A stretch of DNA of 41,147 nucleotides from Candidatus Hodarchaeum mangrovi (GTDB lineage Archaea; Asgardarchaeota; Heimdallarchaeia; Hodarchaeales; Hodarchaeaceae): NCBI GenBank assembly GCA_016839515.1, contig JAEOUE010000206.1, positions 1 to 41,147 of the forward strand, read 5' to 3'. A program made the translations under genes and the position numbers. The notes below the pieces were generated by a model. The model had not been told where the DNA came from and did not search any database. It saw nothing but the letters and a program-made list of their open reading frames with translations. Shown piece after piece: positions 1 through 10,120 of this stretch (positions are counted from its first letter, which is position 1; the number at the start of each line of letters is the position of its first letter).

Positions 1-116
1 AAACGATTAAACCATGCGATAGTCATAAAATTAGGACGATTATTGACCAGTGCTCCAACAATAGCGACAGGCATTGGAAAGGGGGATATATTTGGTGTTA
101 TTTTAATCTTTGACAT
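1..116 (-). CDS. Flavin reductase-like protein, N-terminal part (runs off window start)
   Basis: Manual translation from ATG at 116: MSKIKITPNISPFPMPVAIVGALVNNRPNFMTIAWFNR, matching the P.PV.IVG....N.M..AW start of flavin reductase/flavoredoxin proteins; GGAG SD-like upstream. Not in the ORF track. Confidence 0.8.
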   Translation of the reverse strand, partial: MSKIKITPNISPFPMPVAIVGALVNNRPNFMTIAWFNR

Positions 117-651
117 ACTACTCCACTATCTTAGCTAGTGTTTACATTTAGTCCAAAATAATCATTGATAATTAATGTCTATCCGATTAGGCAAAGGAAG
201 TAAAAAGAATGTTCTGAAGTCATTAATCCAAATTAGTATTAATTAACATCATTTTCTTATTGCCTCTCTTATTGGTATAATTACTCCAAAAAAGATAATT
301 ACTATTACAGGAAAGTCAGAATCATTAGAAAGGGAATTTGGGTTTAAACCTCCAAACAGAAATCCAATAATAAAAAAGATCTGTAAAACGACTACACCAA
401 CAAAAAAAAACTGTTTTTTAGGACAAGTAGTGATAACTGATGTAGATACCTACCCACGAATATCCTTTTCTTAGCCAAACCAATGTGTAATGCAAAAATA
501 ATGTATTTAAACCATTGCTTTCATAAAAACAACATACAGATACTTTTTTACAAATTTTCCATTTCCGTGTACGATTTCTATTGCGCCAAGCTGAGGCTAT
601 AAAAAGAATAATGACTTTGTAATCCTAGTGTAAAGTAAAATTCTTTAACCT

Positions 652-1131
652 TTATTTTAGGGCTTTATCATTTGCTTCTGAAAGATGTTGTTGGCAAATT
701 TTCCAACTTCCATCACGTTTTTCCAGAATACCAGTCCATCGAATATTTTTCGATCCCCAAGGTTCTCCATCGAATTCTCCTTCATCATCTACTATTGCAG
801 AGAACCAAGCAACATCTTTATTTTGCGAGATTACAATTTTAAGGTTTCTTATTTCAAACCCCTTAGCGACATTGCGTGGATCCATCCATTCCTCTAAAAA
901 TTTTTCAAATTCGTTCCAACCTGTAGCTGTACTCTTGGAGTCTGGAAAATATGAAAAAAAATCATTATCTTTTGCAAATATACGTTCAAAGAGTGCACGA
1001 TCTTTTGTCAAAGCCCAACCAAAAGCATCGTGGAGTATTTTGCCAATTTCCTGTTTAATTTTGGTTTCATTTATAGAGGACAAATTGGGGTCAACGAAAT
1101 TTATTTTTAAATTAGAATAAATTTTGTGCAT
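652..1131 (-). CDS. SnoaL-like / NTF2-family protein
   Basis: 159 aa; 'GW.EF', 'DVAW', 'RWTGILEKRDGSWKICQQHLS' are typical of the SnoaL_3/DUF4440 fold. Confidence 0.8.
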   Translation of the reverse strand: MHKIYSNLKINFVDPNLSSINETKIKQEIGKILHDAFGWALTKDRALFERIFAKDNDFFSYFPDSKSTATGWNEFEKFLEEWMDPRNVAKGFEIRNLKIVISQNKDVAWFSAIVDDEGEFDGEPWGSKNIRWTGILEKRDGSWKICQQHLSEANDKALK

Positions 1132-1645
1132 TTATATTATTTGGTGTATTGGCATTATGGGGAAGAATCTTGAAATATATATGATTCATCATGTTGGAGC
1201 AGAATTAAAAGAGTCAACAACTGCTTTGTTTTTATAGCTTAACCAATTTTCGAATTAAAATAATAGAATAGAATATCATTATAGAGTTAATTAGGGTCTA
1301 TTTGAAATGACCCTCTGATTCTAATTGCTGGTAGGACTTCTTAACCTATCAAGCCAAAAAGCAGCTCCAGATAATACAAAATAGAGGAATACAAGGATTA
1401 ATGATGCGCCAAATATATCAATTCCAAGTATGGGGTGTGGAGTAACTAAAAAAAATTTCAGGTATATATCTTATTATTTACTCCTTCTGATCTTTTCTCA
1501 ACTTTTACCGTTAAAGTTCAGGTGTACAAATCAAGTTTACCTCTGAAAACATTCTTTATATCAAATAAATGAAAAGTTCACAAAATTGCCGTATTGAAAA
1601 CATTCTTGAAGAGATTAGGAACTACTATATCAAGAGGAATATAAA

Positions 1646-2362
1646 ATGAGACAAACCATATTCAAACCACTTAGCAAAAACATAATCCGCAGGAAGGCAT
1701 GGGGAATTCACAAAAAAGCCCTAGTCCAGATATTGACACCGAGATGTAGGCAGGATGGAATGCCAGAATTCGGTCGCTTCACTCCCAAGGAAATGGAACA
1801 GATAATATCACGGGCAGAATTGAATATTCAAGAGTTAATGCCTTATTTCAAAGACTATGATAATATCGGTAATTATATGAATGAATATAGTGGATTGATA
1901 CACTTAGCTATATACAGAGCTATGCTAAAAGAAAAGATAGATCCCAGTTACGCCACGAACCTGGTCGCGGACTTATTATGGCAAGTCCGTGTGAACATGA
2001 AGGGTGTGGTTCCAATTATTGATCCATTGAGATTGAAGCTAGCCAAATTACGGACAAAGAATCCAGAAGCATTTCTGGGAAAGCGCCTTAAGGATGCTTT
2101 GAAATTTCCATACAGTGAACCAGGTTATAAAATAAAGCTCTACAAGGATAGAAACGTATATCATATGGATATCTATTCATGTCCTGTACATGATTTCTAT
2201 ACACAATTCGGACAAGATGAGATGACTTTTTTCAGAAGAACTTGGTGTACTTATGATTATACTGTAGCTGAGCATCTTGTTGAAGGTGGCAAATATCAGA
2301 GAGAACATACATTATCTGATGGTGATGAAATGTGTGATATGAGATATTTCATTAGTACGTAA
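1646..2362 (+). CDS. L-2-amino-thiazoline-4-carboxylate hydrolase-like protein
   Basis: C-terminal 'SCP...WCTYD...REHTLSDGDEMCDMRY' pattern of the ATC-hydrolase family; GAGG SD upstream. Confidence 0.75.
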   Translation: MRQTIFKPLSKNIIRRKAWGIHKKALVQILTPRCRQDGMPEFGRFTPKEMEQIISRAELNIQELMPYFKDYDNIGNYMNEYSGLIHLAIYRAMLKEKIDPSYATNLVADLLWQVRVNMKGVVPIIDPLRLKLAKLRTKNPEAFLGKRLKDALKFPYSEPGYKIKLYKDRNVYHMDIYSCPVHDFYTQFGQDEMTFFRRTWCTYDYTVAEHLVEGGKYQREHTLSDGDEMCDMRYFIST

Positions 2363-2819
2363 AAATCCATTTTACTAATTTTTAGCCAAGAAGTAGTTTC
2401 AATATAAGATAGATGAACAATACTAAATCATAGATGTTTAATAACTATAGTTAAAGGACATTATACCTATCAATTTACATATGTTCAATAATTAATATAA
2501 CAGTATAATTGTTAAAGCCAATTTTCTAGATATTTTGAATTGAAAAATTCTTAAATTTGTTGATAAACATTGTATAAGTGTTGAGAAGTATATATTAGAG
2601 TAAAAAACTATCAATCTACAAATAATATTAAAACCACCCTTTAGTGATAAAAAATATCATTTTGATGAATAATGATAATTTGATTTATAATTTCAATAAC
2701 AATTTTTTTTATTTTGAAGGGAAGTTGCCATAAAAAGTAATTATAAAAGAGTCTTCTGTAAATTACATACAAGAATTTGTATGATACTAATATTACTTCA
2801 AATGTAATTGTGAGAGATA

Positions 2820-3395
2820 ATGAGAAGATTAAAACCATTTATTAGTTATTTTTTAAGATCGTCACAAAAAATCACAATTGATTCAATACCAGATGGTTCA
2901 GTAATTGATATTGGAGGAGGTGGAGAAGGGATTATCGCTCAAATAGGAAATGAAAGAATTACAGCCATAGACAAATATCAAAGTGAAATTGATGAGGCAA
3001 AATCCAACGCTCCTACCGCAAACTGGATTCGGGCAGATGCGACTGATCTTTCTTATTCTGATAATTATTTTGACAATGCAACAGCATTTTTTAGCGGGAT
3101 ATATATGTCGTTGGAGACTTTTGAAAAAGTATGTATGGAAACCTATCGTGTTTTAAAAGATTACGGAGAATTTTGGATTTGGGACGCAAGAATATCTAAT
3201 AACAAAGATTTATATATTATACGACTGCAAATCACCCTACCTAATGGTAAGAAAATTAACACAGGGTATGGAACAAGAGTAAGGAATCGTGATATAATAG
3301 AAATAAGGCAAAAACTCGTTAAAACCAAATTTCATATTGAAATTGTCGAAAATCATGGAGAATGGTTTTTCATAAAGGCAATCAAAAAGAAATAG
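2820..3395 (+). CDS. Class I SAM-dependent methyltransferase
   Basis: Motif I 'VIDIGGGGEG', 'AID', 'ADATDL..D.YFD'. Confidence 0.85.
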   Translation: MRRLKPFISYFLRSSQKITIDSIPDGSVIDIGGGGEGIIAQIGNERITAIDKYQSEIDEAKSNAPTANWIRADATDLSYSDNYFDNATAFFSGIYMSLETFEKVCMETYRVLKDYGEFWIWDARISNNKDLYIIRLQITLPNGKKINTGYGTRVRNRDIIEIRQKLVKTKFHIEIVENHGEWFFIKAIKKK

Positions 3396-3623
3396 CGGAT
3401 TTCTTATTTCTTAATCTCTTATAGGTCCCTTTGTTAACTGACAGGTGAACAAATTTGTTGTATAAAGTTCTGAAAAACAGATATTTACAGTAATTCTTTA
3501 TTTTCTAGTTAGGAAATATCCACATTCTGATACTATATACTGTGGTATATAATTTTATAATCTGATCCAGCCACCGACTACATATAAAAAAACCTTATAA
3601 GACGAATTGCCCCCTCAGTAGGT

Positions 3624-4451
3624 ATGGAACAAAAAATAAAAATTTTAAAATTCCCCGCGATTTCAAAAACTGCGTTATTGCCACTGTATTTAAAGGCTAT
3701 CGATTATCAAGCAAAAAATCCGATATTAAATGACAAATTCTCCTATGATCTCTATAAACGGATTGAATTTGATTGGAATATCGTAAAAAAAACAGTACGA
3801 AGCTTTGATCCGATATTAATGGGGATACGGGCAAGAAAGTTTGATCAAATGTGTAAGCAATTTGTTGAACAATATCCTGATGGAATAATTGTGAGTTTAG
3901 GATCTGGGATAGATTACCGTTTTGGGAGAATTGATAATAATCGATGTTACTTTGTTGATTTGGATTTACCTGAAATCTTGGAATTCAGGAAATTTATCAC
4001 TCCGACCTCAAAGCGCAACGTACTGATTGGAAAATCTATTTTGGATTATTCGTGGATTAATGAAATCTTGGAACTCCGTATGGAATATCATACACCCGTT
4101 TTCTTCATTGCAGAAGGGCTAATGGTATATTTAGAGATATCAGAAATACAAGAATTGTTAAAAAATATAGCTCAGGCTTTCCCTCGTGCAGAAGTTTTTT
4201 TTGACATGTTTAGTGAAAGAGCCAAAAAAATTGCCGAAAAAAAATTATTATTTAAGGATTTGAATGTGAAAATAAAGAGTGCGTTTAATTCTGGGAAGCT
4301 GATGGAGGAATGGAAGATTGGATTTAAAGTATTATCGGAATGGTATTATTCAGAGGATCCAGATGCAAAGAGAGGTTGGATGAAATTTATATGGGTAATT
4401 CCAGCAGTGAAAAAATTACAATTTTTTATACATGGAAAGTTTGAAAATTAG
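3624..4451 (+). CDS. LCM/TcmP-type O-methyltransferase
   Basis: 'TALLPLY', 'RARKFD', 'IVSLGSGIDYRF', 'DLDLPE', 'FIAEGLMVYL' motifs of the leucine carboxyl methyltransferase family. Confidence 0.88.
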   Translation: MEQKIKILKFPAISKTALLPLYLKAIDYQAKNPILNDKFSYDLYKRIEFDWNIVKKTVRSFDPILMGIRARKFDQMCKQFVEQYPDGIIVSLGSGIDYRFGRIDNNRCYFVDLDLPEILEFRKFITPTSKRNVLIGKSILDYSWINEILELRMEYHTPVFFIAEGLMVYLEISEIQELLKNIAQAFPRAEVFFDMFSERAKKIAEKKLLFKDLNVKIKSAFNSGKLMEEWKIGFKVLSEWYYSEDPDAKRGWMKFIWVIPAVKKLQFFIHGKFEN

Positions 4452-4467
4452 ATTGGTAAAATTTAAC

Positions 4468-4590
4468 ATGGACCAAGAAATACGAATTTTGAATTTTCCC
4501 ACGGTTTCAAATACTGTGTTCATGAATACTGTCTCTATCGAAATTAGGATTAATAACCTCTTCTTTAAAAATCAATGATCTCTATATAGT
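4468..4590 (+). pseudogene. Degenerate duplicate of the 5' end of the upstream LCM methyltransferase
   Basis: MDQEIRILNFPTVSNTVFM vs MEQKIKILKFPAISKTALL; 44 of the first 57 nt identical by manual alignment; stop at 4576-4578. Confidence 0.75.
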
Positions 4591-4980
4591 TGATGAAGAA
4601 AAAGGGATTTTTAGACAGTTAATTGTAATAGAAAGGAATTCAATTACTGATAAAGCTAAAAAGAGTTTCTCTCTTATATTTACAATAATAATTATCACTA
4701 GTATGGTAATTGTTAATAAATTTAAAAAGACTCGAAGAATTTATAGGACTTTTCGAAAATTATGACTTCATTTTTGAGTATAATCAAAGTCCTATTCTTA
4801 AATATCTACATCTAGTTTATATGGGTTGATCGAAATGTATAAATCCTAAATTTTGTGGTATAGATGGGTGTTGAAAACTTTTGCTTATTAAAACTTTGGA
4901 ATCCTAATTTTTAGATGACTTAGAAAAATGGAAAAAGGAGAAATATTGCTAAATTAGGTTTATTAGATTAAAGAAGTCAT

Positions 4981-6714
4981 TTAGGCGATATCCCTTGTCG
5001 GGATCCACTTTGTAGTAACAGTAATGAAGAATGCAATGATAATCACTCCAAAAGCAATTATTTCTGGAACAACTTTCTCTAAGTGAATGTCTTGCATAAA
5101 AATTCCTGCTACATCAAAATAATAAAATGGGGTAAGGTAGAGTAACCATGACAAATCTTCGTTCAGGGAAGAAATTATTGGTATGAAAATTGCTAGGAGA
5201 AAAACGCTAAGAAGTGCTACCGAAATGTATTTGGGATGGGGAATGGAAGCTAACCCCACGAAGAGAACGAGAAAAAGACTGTAACCTATTCCGAGAAAGA
5301 TAAAAGTTAAAACAGTAGCTCCAAAATCTGACAACATAACATCAGCATATGTTCCAAGGAGAATTTGGCTCGCATAAAGCACCACAAAATTAACTAGAAA
5401 AATAATCCAGAGATATATGAGAGCTGCAAGTGTCCTTTCAAAAGTGATCCAGGTACGAGTTCGAGGCATTGACCAAGTAATTTCATCATATCCAGCATTA
5501 CTGTCCCGCATAATAATAGCGTGGGTCATAATAAAGAGAAACGGACCATAAAAAACCCAATGGAATGCTAATATTTTGTACATTAAGAAACCTTCCAAAG
5601 TCGCAGTCAAGCTATGCCCAAATAGAAAAGCTGCTATGATAGGAGACTCAAATACTATATCCAAATCAGAAATTACGACAGCCATCGCTGCATCTCCAGG
5701 ATACACAATAACTACAAGCGCTAGTAGCATGCTCGTTATGACTAAATAAATTAGAAATAATCCAGCTGAGGACTGGAGTTGATCACGAAAAGCAGGATAG
5801 TTCCAACCTGTTCGTGAAAGAATCGTCTCAATAGGAGTTCGTATGAATTTACGAATGAAGGAAAATTTAGCTATTATTTTCTGTATTCTACCTTCAATTT
5901 CTTCTTCAACTGTTTCTTGATAAGCTGATCGTGTTTTAATGTGATCTATTCGATATAAGAAGAAAATTGTTAAAACTATGAGAAGTGTCACTAGAAAAAG
6001 GCATCTCAGGATGAATTCTTCATTCCACGTTCTATTTAATGCGTTCTCAATAGCGTTAATTTGTGTCATTAGGTTAATATCTTTCACAAAGTCAATTTCT
6101 TGTTGAAGTAAGTCCAATGTAAACGAAATTATAAAGAAAAGGCCACCAAAAGCATAACCAGCCTTTGTTGAGGACGAAATCGCACAGCCCAAACTTGTTA
6201 CCATTGTTACAACGAATGCAAAAAACAGTGGAAGGATAAATGCGATTGTAAAAGAAGACACACCACCTCCACCCGATAACAATGATACTACTCCTACGAG
6301 GAACGCAGGTAACACAATAAGAGGAATTAAGACAATAACAAGTAACAAATTCTCTAAAAAATACCTATATGGTGGTTTTTCAGTACTAAAAATGAGTTCT
6401 TTCCCATCTCGTTCCCCCCATGGTAATATCCGAGAACCAAGAAAGATTCCTATTACAGGGTAGACAATATTAGCGAAGATAGAAAACAGCAAAAGAAACC
6501 AGAAGAGTAGACCAGGATTGTCAACATCAGGTATTGATCCAAAAAGAGCCTGAACAAAAGGAATTTCGAAAAAAGTTCCAAAGAATTCTGGCCCAGGGTA
6601 GATTATACCAAATACTGCCACGATTACCGCTAAGACTATAGCTGCTAACAAAGCGAAAGTCCTATGCCTTTTAAAATCTAACCAATAACGCTGAACTGTG
6701 AATTGAACTGTCAT
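4981..6714 (-). CDS. ABC-2 type exporter permease, two fused permease modules
   Basis: 577 aa, about 12 hydrophobic helices; both halves start with TM+'YPG' and carry an ABC-2-like loop (ERDGKELIFSTEKP / DSNAGYDEITWSMPRTR); ends 'YLTPFYYFD...RDIA'; adjacent to the ATPase. Confidence 0.82.
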   Translation of the reverse strand: MTVQFTVQRYWLDFKRHRTFALLAAIVLAVIVAVFGIIYPGPEFFGTFFEIPFVQALFGSIPDVDNPGLLFWFLLLFSIFANIVYPVIGIFLGSRILPWGERDGKELIFSTEKPPYRYFLENLLLVIVLIPLIVLPAFLVGVVSLLSGGGGVSSFTIAFILPLFFAFVVTMVTSLGCAISSSTKAGYAFGGLFFIISFTLDLLQQEIDFVKDINLMTQINAIENALNRTWNEEFILRCLFLVTLLIVLTIFFLYRIDHIKTRSAYQETVEEEIEGRIQKIIAKFSFIRKFIRTPIETILSRTGWNYPAFRDQLQSSAGLFLIYLVITSMLLALVVIVYPGDAAMAVVISDLDIVFESPIIAAFLFGHSLTATLEGFLMYKILAFHWVFYGPFLFIMTHAIIMRDSNAGYDEITWSMPRTRTWITFERTLAALIYLWIIFLVNFVVLYASQILLGTYADVMLSDFGATVLTFIFLGIGYSLFLVLFVGLASIPHPKYISVALLSVFLLAIFIPIISSLNEDLSWLLYLTPFYYFDVAGIFMQDIHLEKVVPEIIAFGVIIIAFFITVTTKWIPTRDIA

Positions 6715-6725
6715 TCCATGCTCGC

Positions 6726-7640
6726 CTATATTTTCCCTTCGTAGAACTGCAAGAAAAACTCTTCGAGACTCGCAGGAGGATAAATAAGTTCTTCAGGATC
6801 CATAGCTAGAAGAATACCAATATTATCTTTAATCGAATCCTCCTTCCGAATTAACAATCTAACAAAACTATCAGGTTTTCGAAACTCTAAAAGTCGATCA
6901 CCAAATTCAGTAAGGCGAGTTTCATCAGGATTTCTAAGACGTGCTTCCAAGATGCGGGGAACATCTTTATTAAGATCTTCAATTTCCTCAATACTAATCA
7001 AAAAGCCATCATTTACTATCCCAACTCGATCACATACCCGTTGGACTTCTTCGAGATTGTGAGAACTCATAAAGAGTGTTTTTCCTTCCTTCTTCGATTC
7101 TAAAAGGAGTTTGAATACTACTTGTTGAAGCAATGGATCTAATCCTGCTGTTGGTTCATCCATGATTAATACATCAGGATCATTCATAAAGCCTGCTACA
7201 ATACCTACTTTTTGTTTATTTCCTTTTGATAAAGCACCGATTTTCTTTCTGAGGTTCGAATTAAGATCGAATCGATCGATGATTTCTTCTCGACGTGTCG
7301 CAGGCTTAGCACGCATAGCCTCAATGTAATTTAAGAATTCATTAACAGTATAATATTCAGGTAGCGCTAATTCACCTGGTATATAACCTATCTTCTCTCG
7401 TAAACTTGGATTTCCCCGTGAAACTAACTCACCTGAAATTTTTATTTCTCCTTTAGTAGGTATTAGTGTATTCATCATGCAGCGTATAGTTGTCGTTTTC
7501 CCTGCTCCATTAGGACCAAGAAAACCAAATATTTCACCGGTTTTCACCTCAAGATTTAAATCCTCTATCCCGCGGCTTTTACCATAGTATTTCGTTAAAC
7601 CTTTGATTTCTATCTTAATCTCTTGAATCAATCCTATCAC
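6726..7640 (-). CDS. ABC transporter ATP-binding protein (DrrA/CcmA-like)
   Basis: Walker A GPNGAGKTT, signature LSKGNKQK, Walker B LIMDEPT, H-loop SSH. Confidence 0.95.
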   Translation of the reverse strand: MIGLIQEIKIEIKGLTKYYGKSRGIEDLNLEVKTGEIFGFLGPNGAGKTTTIRCMMNTLIPTKGEIKISGELVSRGNPSLREKIGYIPGELALPEYYTVNEFLNYIEAMRAKPATRREEIIDRFDLNSNLRKKIGALSKGNKQKVGIVAGFMNDPDVLIMDEPTAGLDPLLQQVVFKLLLESKKEGKTLFMSSHNLEEVQRVCDRVGIVNDGFLISIEEIEDLNKDVPRILEARLRNPDETRLTEFGDRLLEFRKPDSFVRLLIRKEDSIKDNIGILLAMDPEELIYPPASLEEFFLQFYEGKI

Positions 7641-8340
7641 CTGTTTCTAAGGGTGTATAATCATATTGTATGCACTTTATCCAAACAGCAAAAGAAAATT
7701 TACTTCTGAAAGAGGAAACAAATGTTTTTTTTGTCAGTATTTTTTTTTTATTCTTGATCCCAAAGGTTAGAAGATGTTTCTTTCAAGAACCAGTTCCTGA
7801 TTGAGAGCCTTTAAAACATTATTAGCTTGACCCGAGGTATGTATGAGTATTTTTAAAGTAACCTTTTCTAATTAACGCAGATTATTAGCAGTTGTTTATG
7901 CTAGTTACTCTAATCGGAGTGATAATCATCCTGAGGAAGAAAAACAAAATATAATCCACTTATCTTCTTTCTGAGGAGGATTTGGTGTATTTATAAAAGC
8001 TGTATAATAACCAAAATTTAATAATAAAATAAATAAATATCAATAAACGTACCTTCAGTAATATCTTGAATGTTAAAAACATCATAAATCAAAAACCAAG
8101 AAAATAAAGAGGAATTTCCCTCCCCATAAAACACGCACTCTAATTAGAAGGATGGGGCTATCATGGAAGACAGTCAAATTAATTCAAGTAAATTATCAAT
8201 ATTTGAATGAGAATGAACTAAAAAAACTAATCAATAGTGGAAAAATAAGATTGATATTCGGGGGACTTCTTTAGTTCGCTTTTTTAACTCTAGAATTCGA
8301 TTTTTAGAATAATCAAATGAGCTTTTAATACAGATACAAA

Positions 8341-8673
8341 ATGCTAGTTCAAGAAAAAAATGAGAAAATCCTTTTTCAAATAACCGAAGATGGTTCAGGT
8401 GAACTTAAACCTTATAACAGCTCCTCTCGCTTATTAAAAAAGGATTCTGTTTATGTATTACTGGATAACACATTGAAAAAAATTTTTCTGTGGATTGGAC
8501 AATCAGCTGATGTTCGTTCAAGGTTTATCGCATCTACAGCAGCCCAAGAATTACGGAATACGACAGGTTTAACTTATCGAGTAATCACTATTGATCAAGG
8601 CGGAGAATCAAGGGAATTTATTAAAGCATTATCACCAATGACTGTTCCTGGGGCTCTTGAGAGAATTCTTTGA
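8341..8673 (+). CDS. Single-domain gelsolin-like protein (Asgard eukaryotic signature protein)
   Basis: 'L..DSVYVLLD...KIFLWIG..A....RF.A...A..L...R...IDQGGES.EF' is the gelsolin repeat consensus. Confidence 0.85.
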   Translation: MLVQEKNEKILFQITEDGSGELKPYNSSSRLLKKDSVYVLLDNTLKKIFLWIGQSADVRSRFIASTAAQELRNTTGLTYRVITIDQGGESREFIKALSPMTVPGALERIL

Positions 8674-9363
8674 TAATTTAAATATCAACACCAAAGAATA
8701 TTGAAGAAATTCTCTGCAACAATTACTACGGTGTAAATATGTATAGTGTTTTTACACTGACAGAGGCATATACAACTTAGTATAGTGATGAACTAATCAA
8801 TCAGGCCAATTTCTATTTATTTTATATTTAGCTCTAAGCAGGATTTTAAAAAATGATAGAATAGACAGTCAAAAACTGGCGTTTAATTCAATAAAAACTT
8901 TACATTTTCTCTGTATAGCTTAGGTGTCAGCTATCTTTTTCTAAATGATAAAAATCATCACTATTTTCCAATAACCGATAATTGTTTATTCAATATTTTG
9001 CAGGAAAATCCATTTAGAGATTTTTTCTTTTCAATTTCTTATTTTTTAACTTGTTTTAAAAAAAAGCTACAATTTAATGATCTGAATTCATCTTTAACTA
9101 AATCTAATCTCTTAGAAAATTTGCTATATCAAGTAAAAAACCATAGGTTCCCAGCTTTTTAACAATTTATTGATATTTAATGTTTTTTAAGGATATAAAA
9201 ACTAATTAACAATCGATAACAGATTAGAGTAATCACTGTCCAATATAATGAGAGGAGGGGACGTATGGGGAAAAAAAATAAATCGAATATTTTTAAAATA
9301 ATGATTTCATCTAATTTACATAGAGAAGATTTAATTTTTTTAAAAAGGTATGAGGTTTTGAAA

Positions 9364-9924
9364 ATGGCAATTCTTGCTAAGATTTGCTTTCTTGGAGATG
9401 GAGAAGTTGTAAAAACCTCATTGATAAATCAATATCTTGGAAAAGGCTTTTCATCAGAATATCTACCGACTTTAGGCTCTGATTTTATTTCTAAAGAATT
9501 GAGTTGTAAAACAGACAATGGATTGAAAATAATTAGATTGCAAATTTGGGATTTAGCCGGCCAACCTAATTTTAAACGTATTAGGTCTTTGTATTATAAA
9601 GGAGCTGTAGGTGTGTTTCTTGTTTGTGATCTTACAAGATTAGAATCCTTAGAAACCCTTGATAAATGGTATCAAGAATATTTAAAGCATTGTGAAATTA
9701 AAAATCATCATGTAATTGTTCTTGGCAATAAAAAGGATTTGAAGAACGAACTAAAGATTACTCCATCAAAAATAAAGAATTATATTATGAATACTTTAAC
9801 TCCAATTAATTCTGACAACACCAATCAAATTGATTACTTTGAAACTTCAGCAAAGACCTCAGAAAATGTCTATGAAGTCTTTGAGCATCTTGGAAGGAAA
9901 ATTCTCAAGAATATATATCAATAA
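9364..9924 (+). CDS. Rab-like small GTPase with atypical P-loop (track ORF starts at 9265; ATG 9364 more likely)
   Basis: KICFLGDGEVVKTS (G1), YLPTLG (G2), QIWDLAGQ (G3), GNKKD (G4), ETSAK (G5); GAGG upstream of 9364; no C-terminal Cys prenylation motif. Confidence 0.9.
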   Translation: MAILAKICFLGDGEVVKTSLINQYLGKGFSSEYLPTLGSDFISKELSCKTDNGLKIIRLQIWDLAGQPNFKRIRSLYYKGAVGVFLVCDLTRLESLETLDKWYQEYLKHCEIKNHHVIVLGNKKDLKNELKITPSKIKNYIMNTLTPINSDNTNQIDYFETSAKTSENVYEVFEHLGRKILKNIYQ

Positions 9925-10120
9925 TCTAATATGCTGATAATTTCATTAGTCATCCTTAAAATAATATAACTGGATTATAAGTTATCAGTATTAGAGAAAG
10001 ATATAGGATAAGACTGAAAAAGTTACCATTATGTTTATTGTTTATTTTGTGATCTCTAATCCTGATGCTATTCACTTGAATCAAGATTAACAATTAAAAT
10101 GAAAGTAAAAGGAGGAAATA

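Noticed and set aside
685-1120. Plus-strand ORFs 685..897 and 872..1120
   Set aside because: Antisense shadows of the SnoaL gene
2641-2838. 65-aa minus-strand ORF
   Set aside because: AT-rich low-complexity sequence overlapping the methyltransferase start/promoter; no motif
6726-7640. ABC ATPase as ccmA of the cytochrome maturation system
   Set aside because: About 30 kb from ccmF and paired with a generic ABC-2 permease, not CcmB
8152-8274. 40-aa ORF MGLSWKTVK... upstream of gelsolin
   Set aside because: No recognisable motif; length expected by chance
9265-9363. 33-aa N-terminal extension of the GTPase
   Set aside because: Low-complexity AT-rich sequence; the GTPase fold and an SD-like GAGG fit ATG 9364. 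Not fully excluded, because 9265 also has a purine-rich upstream stretch
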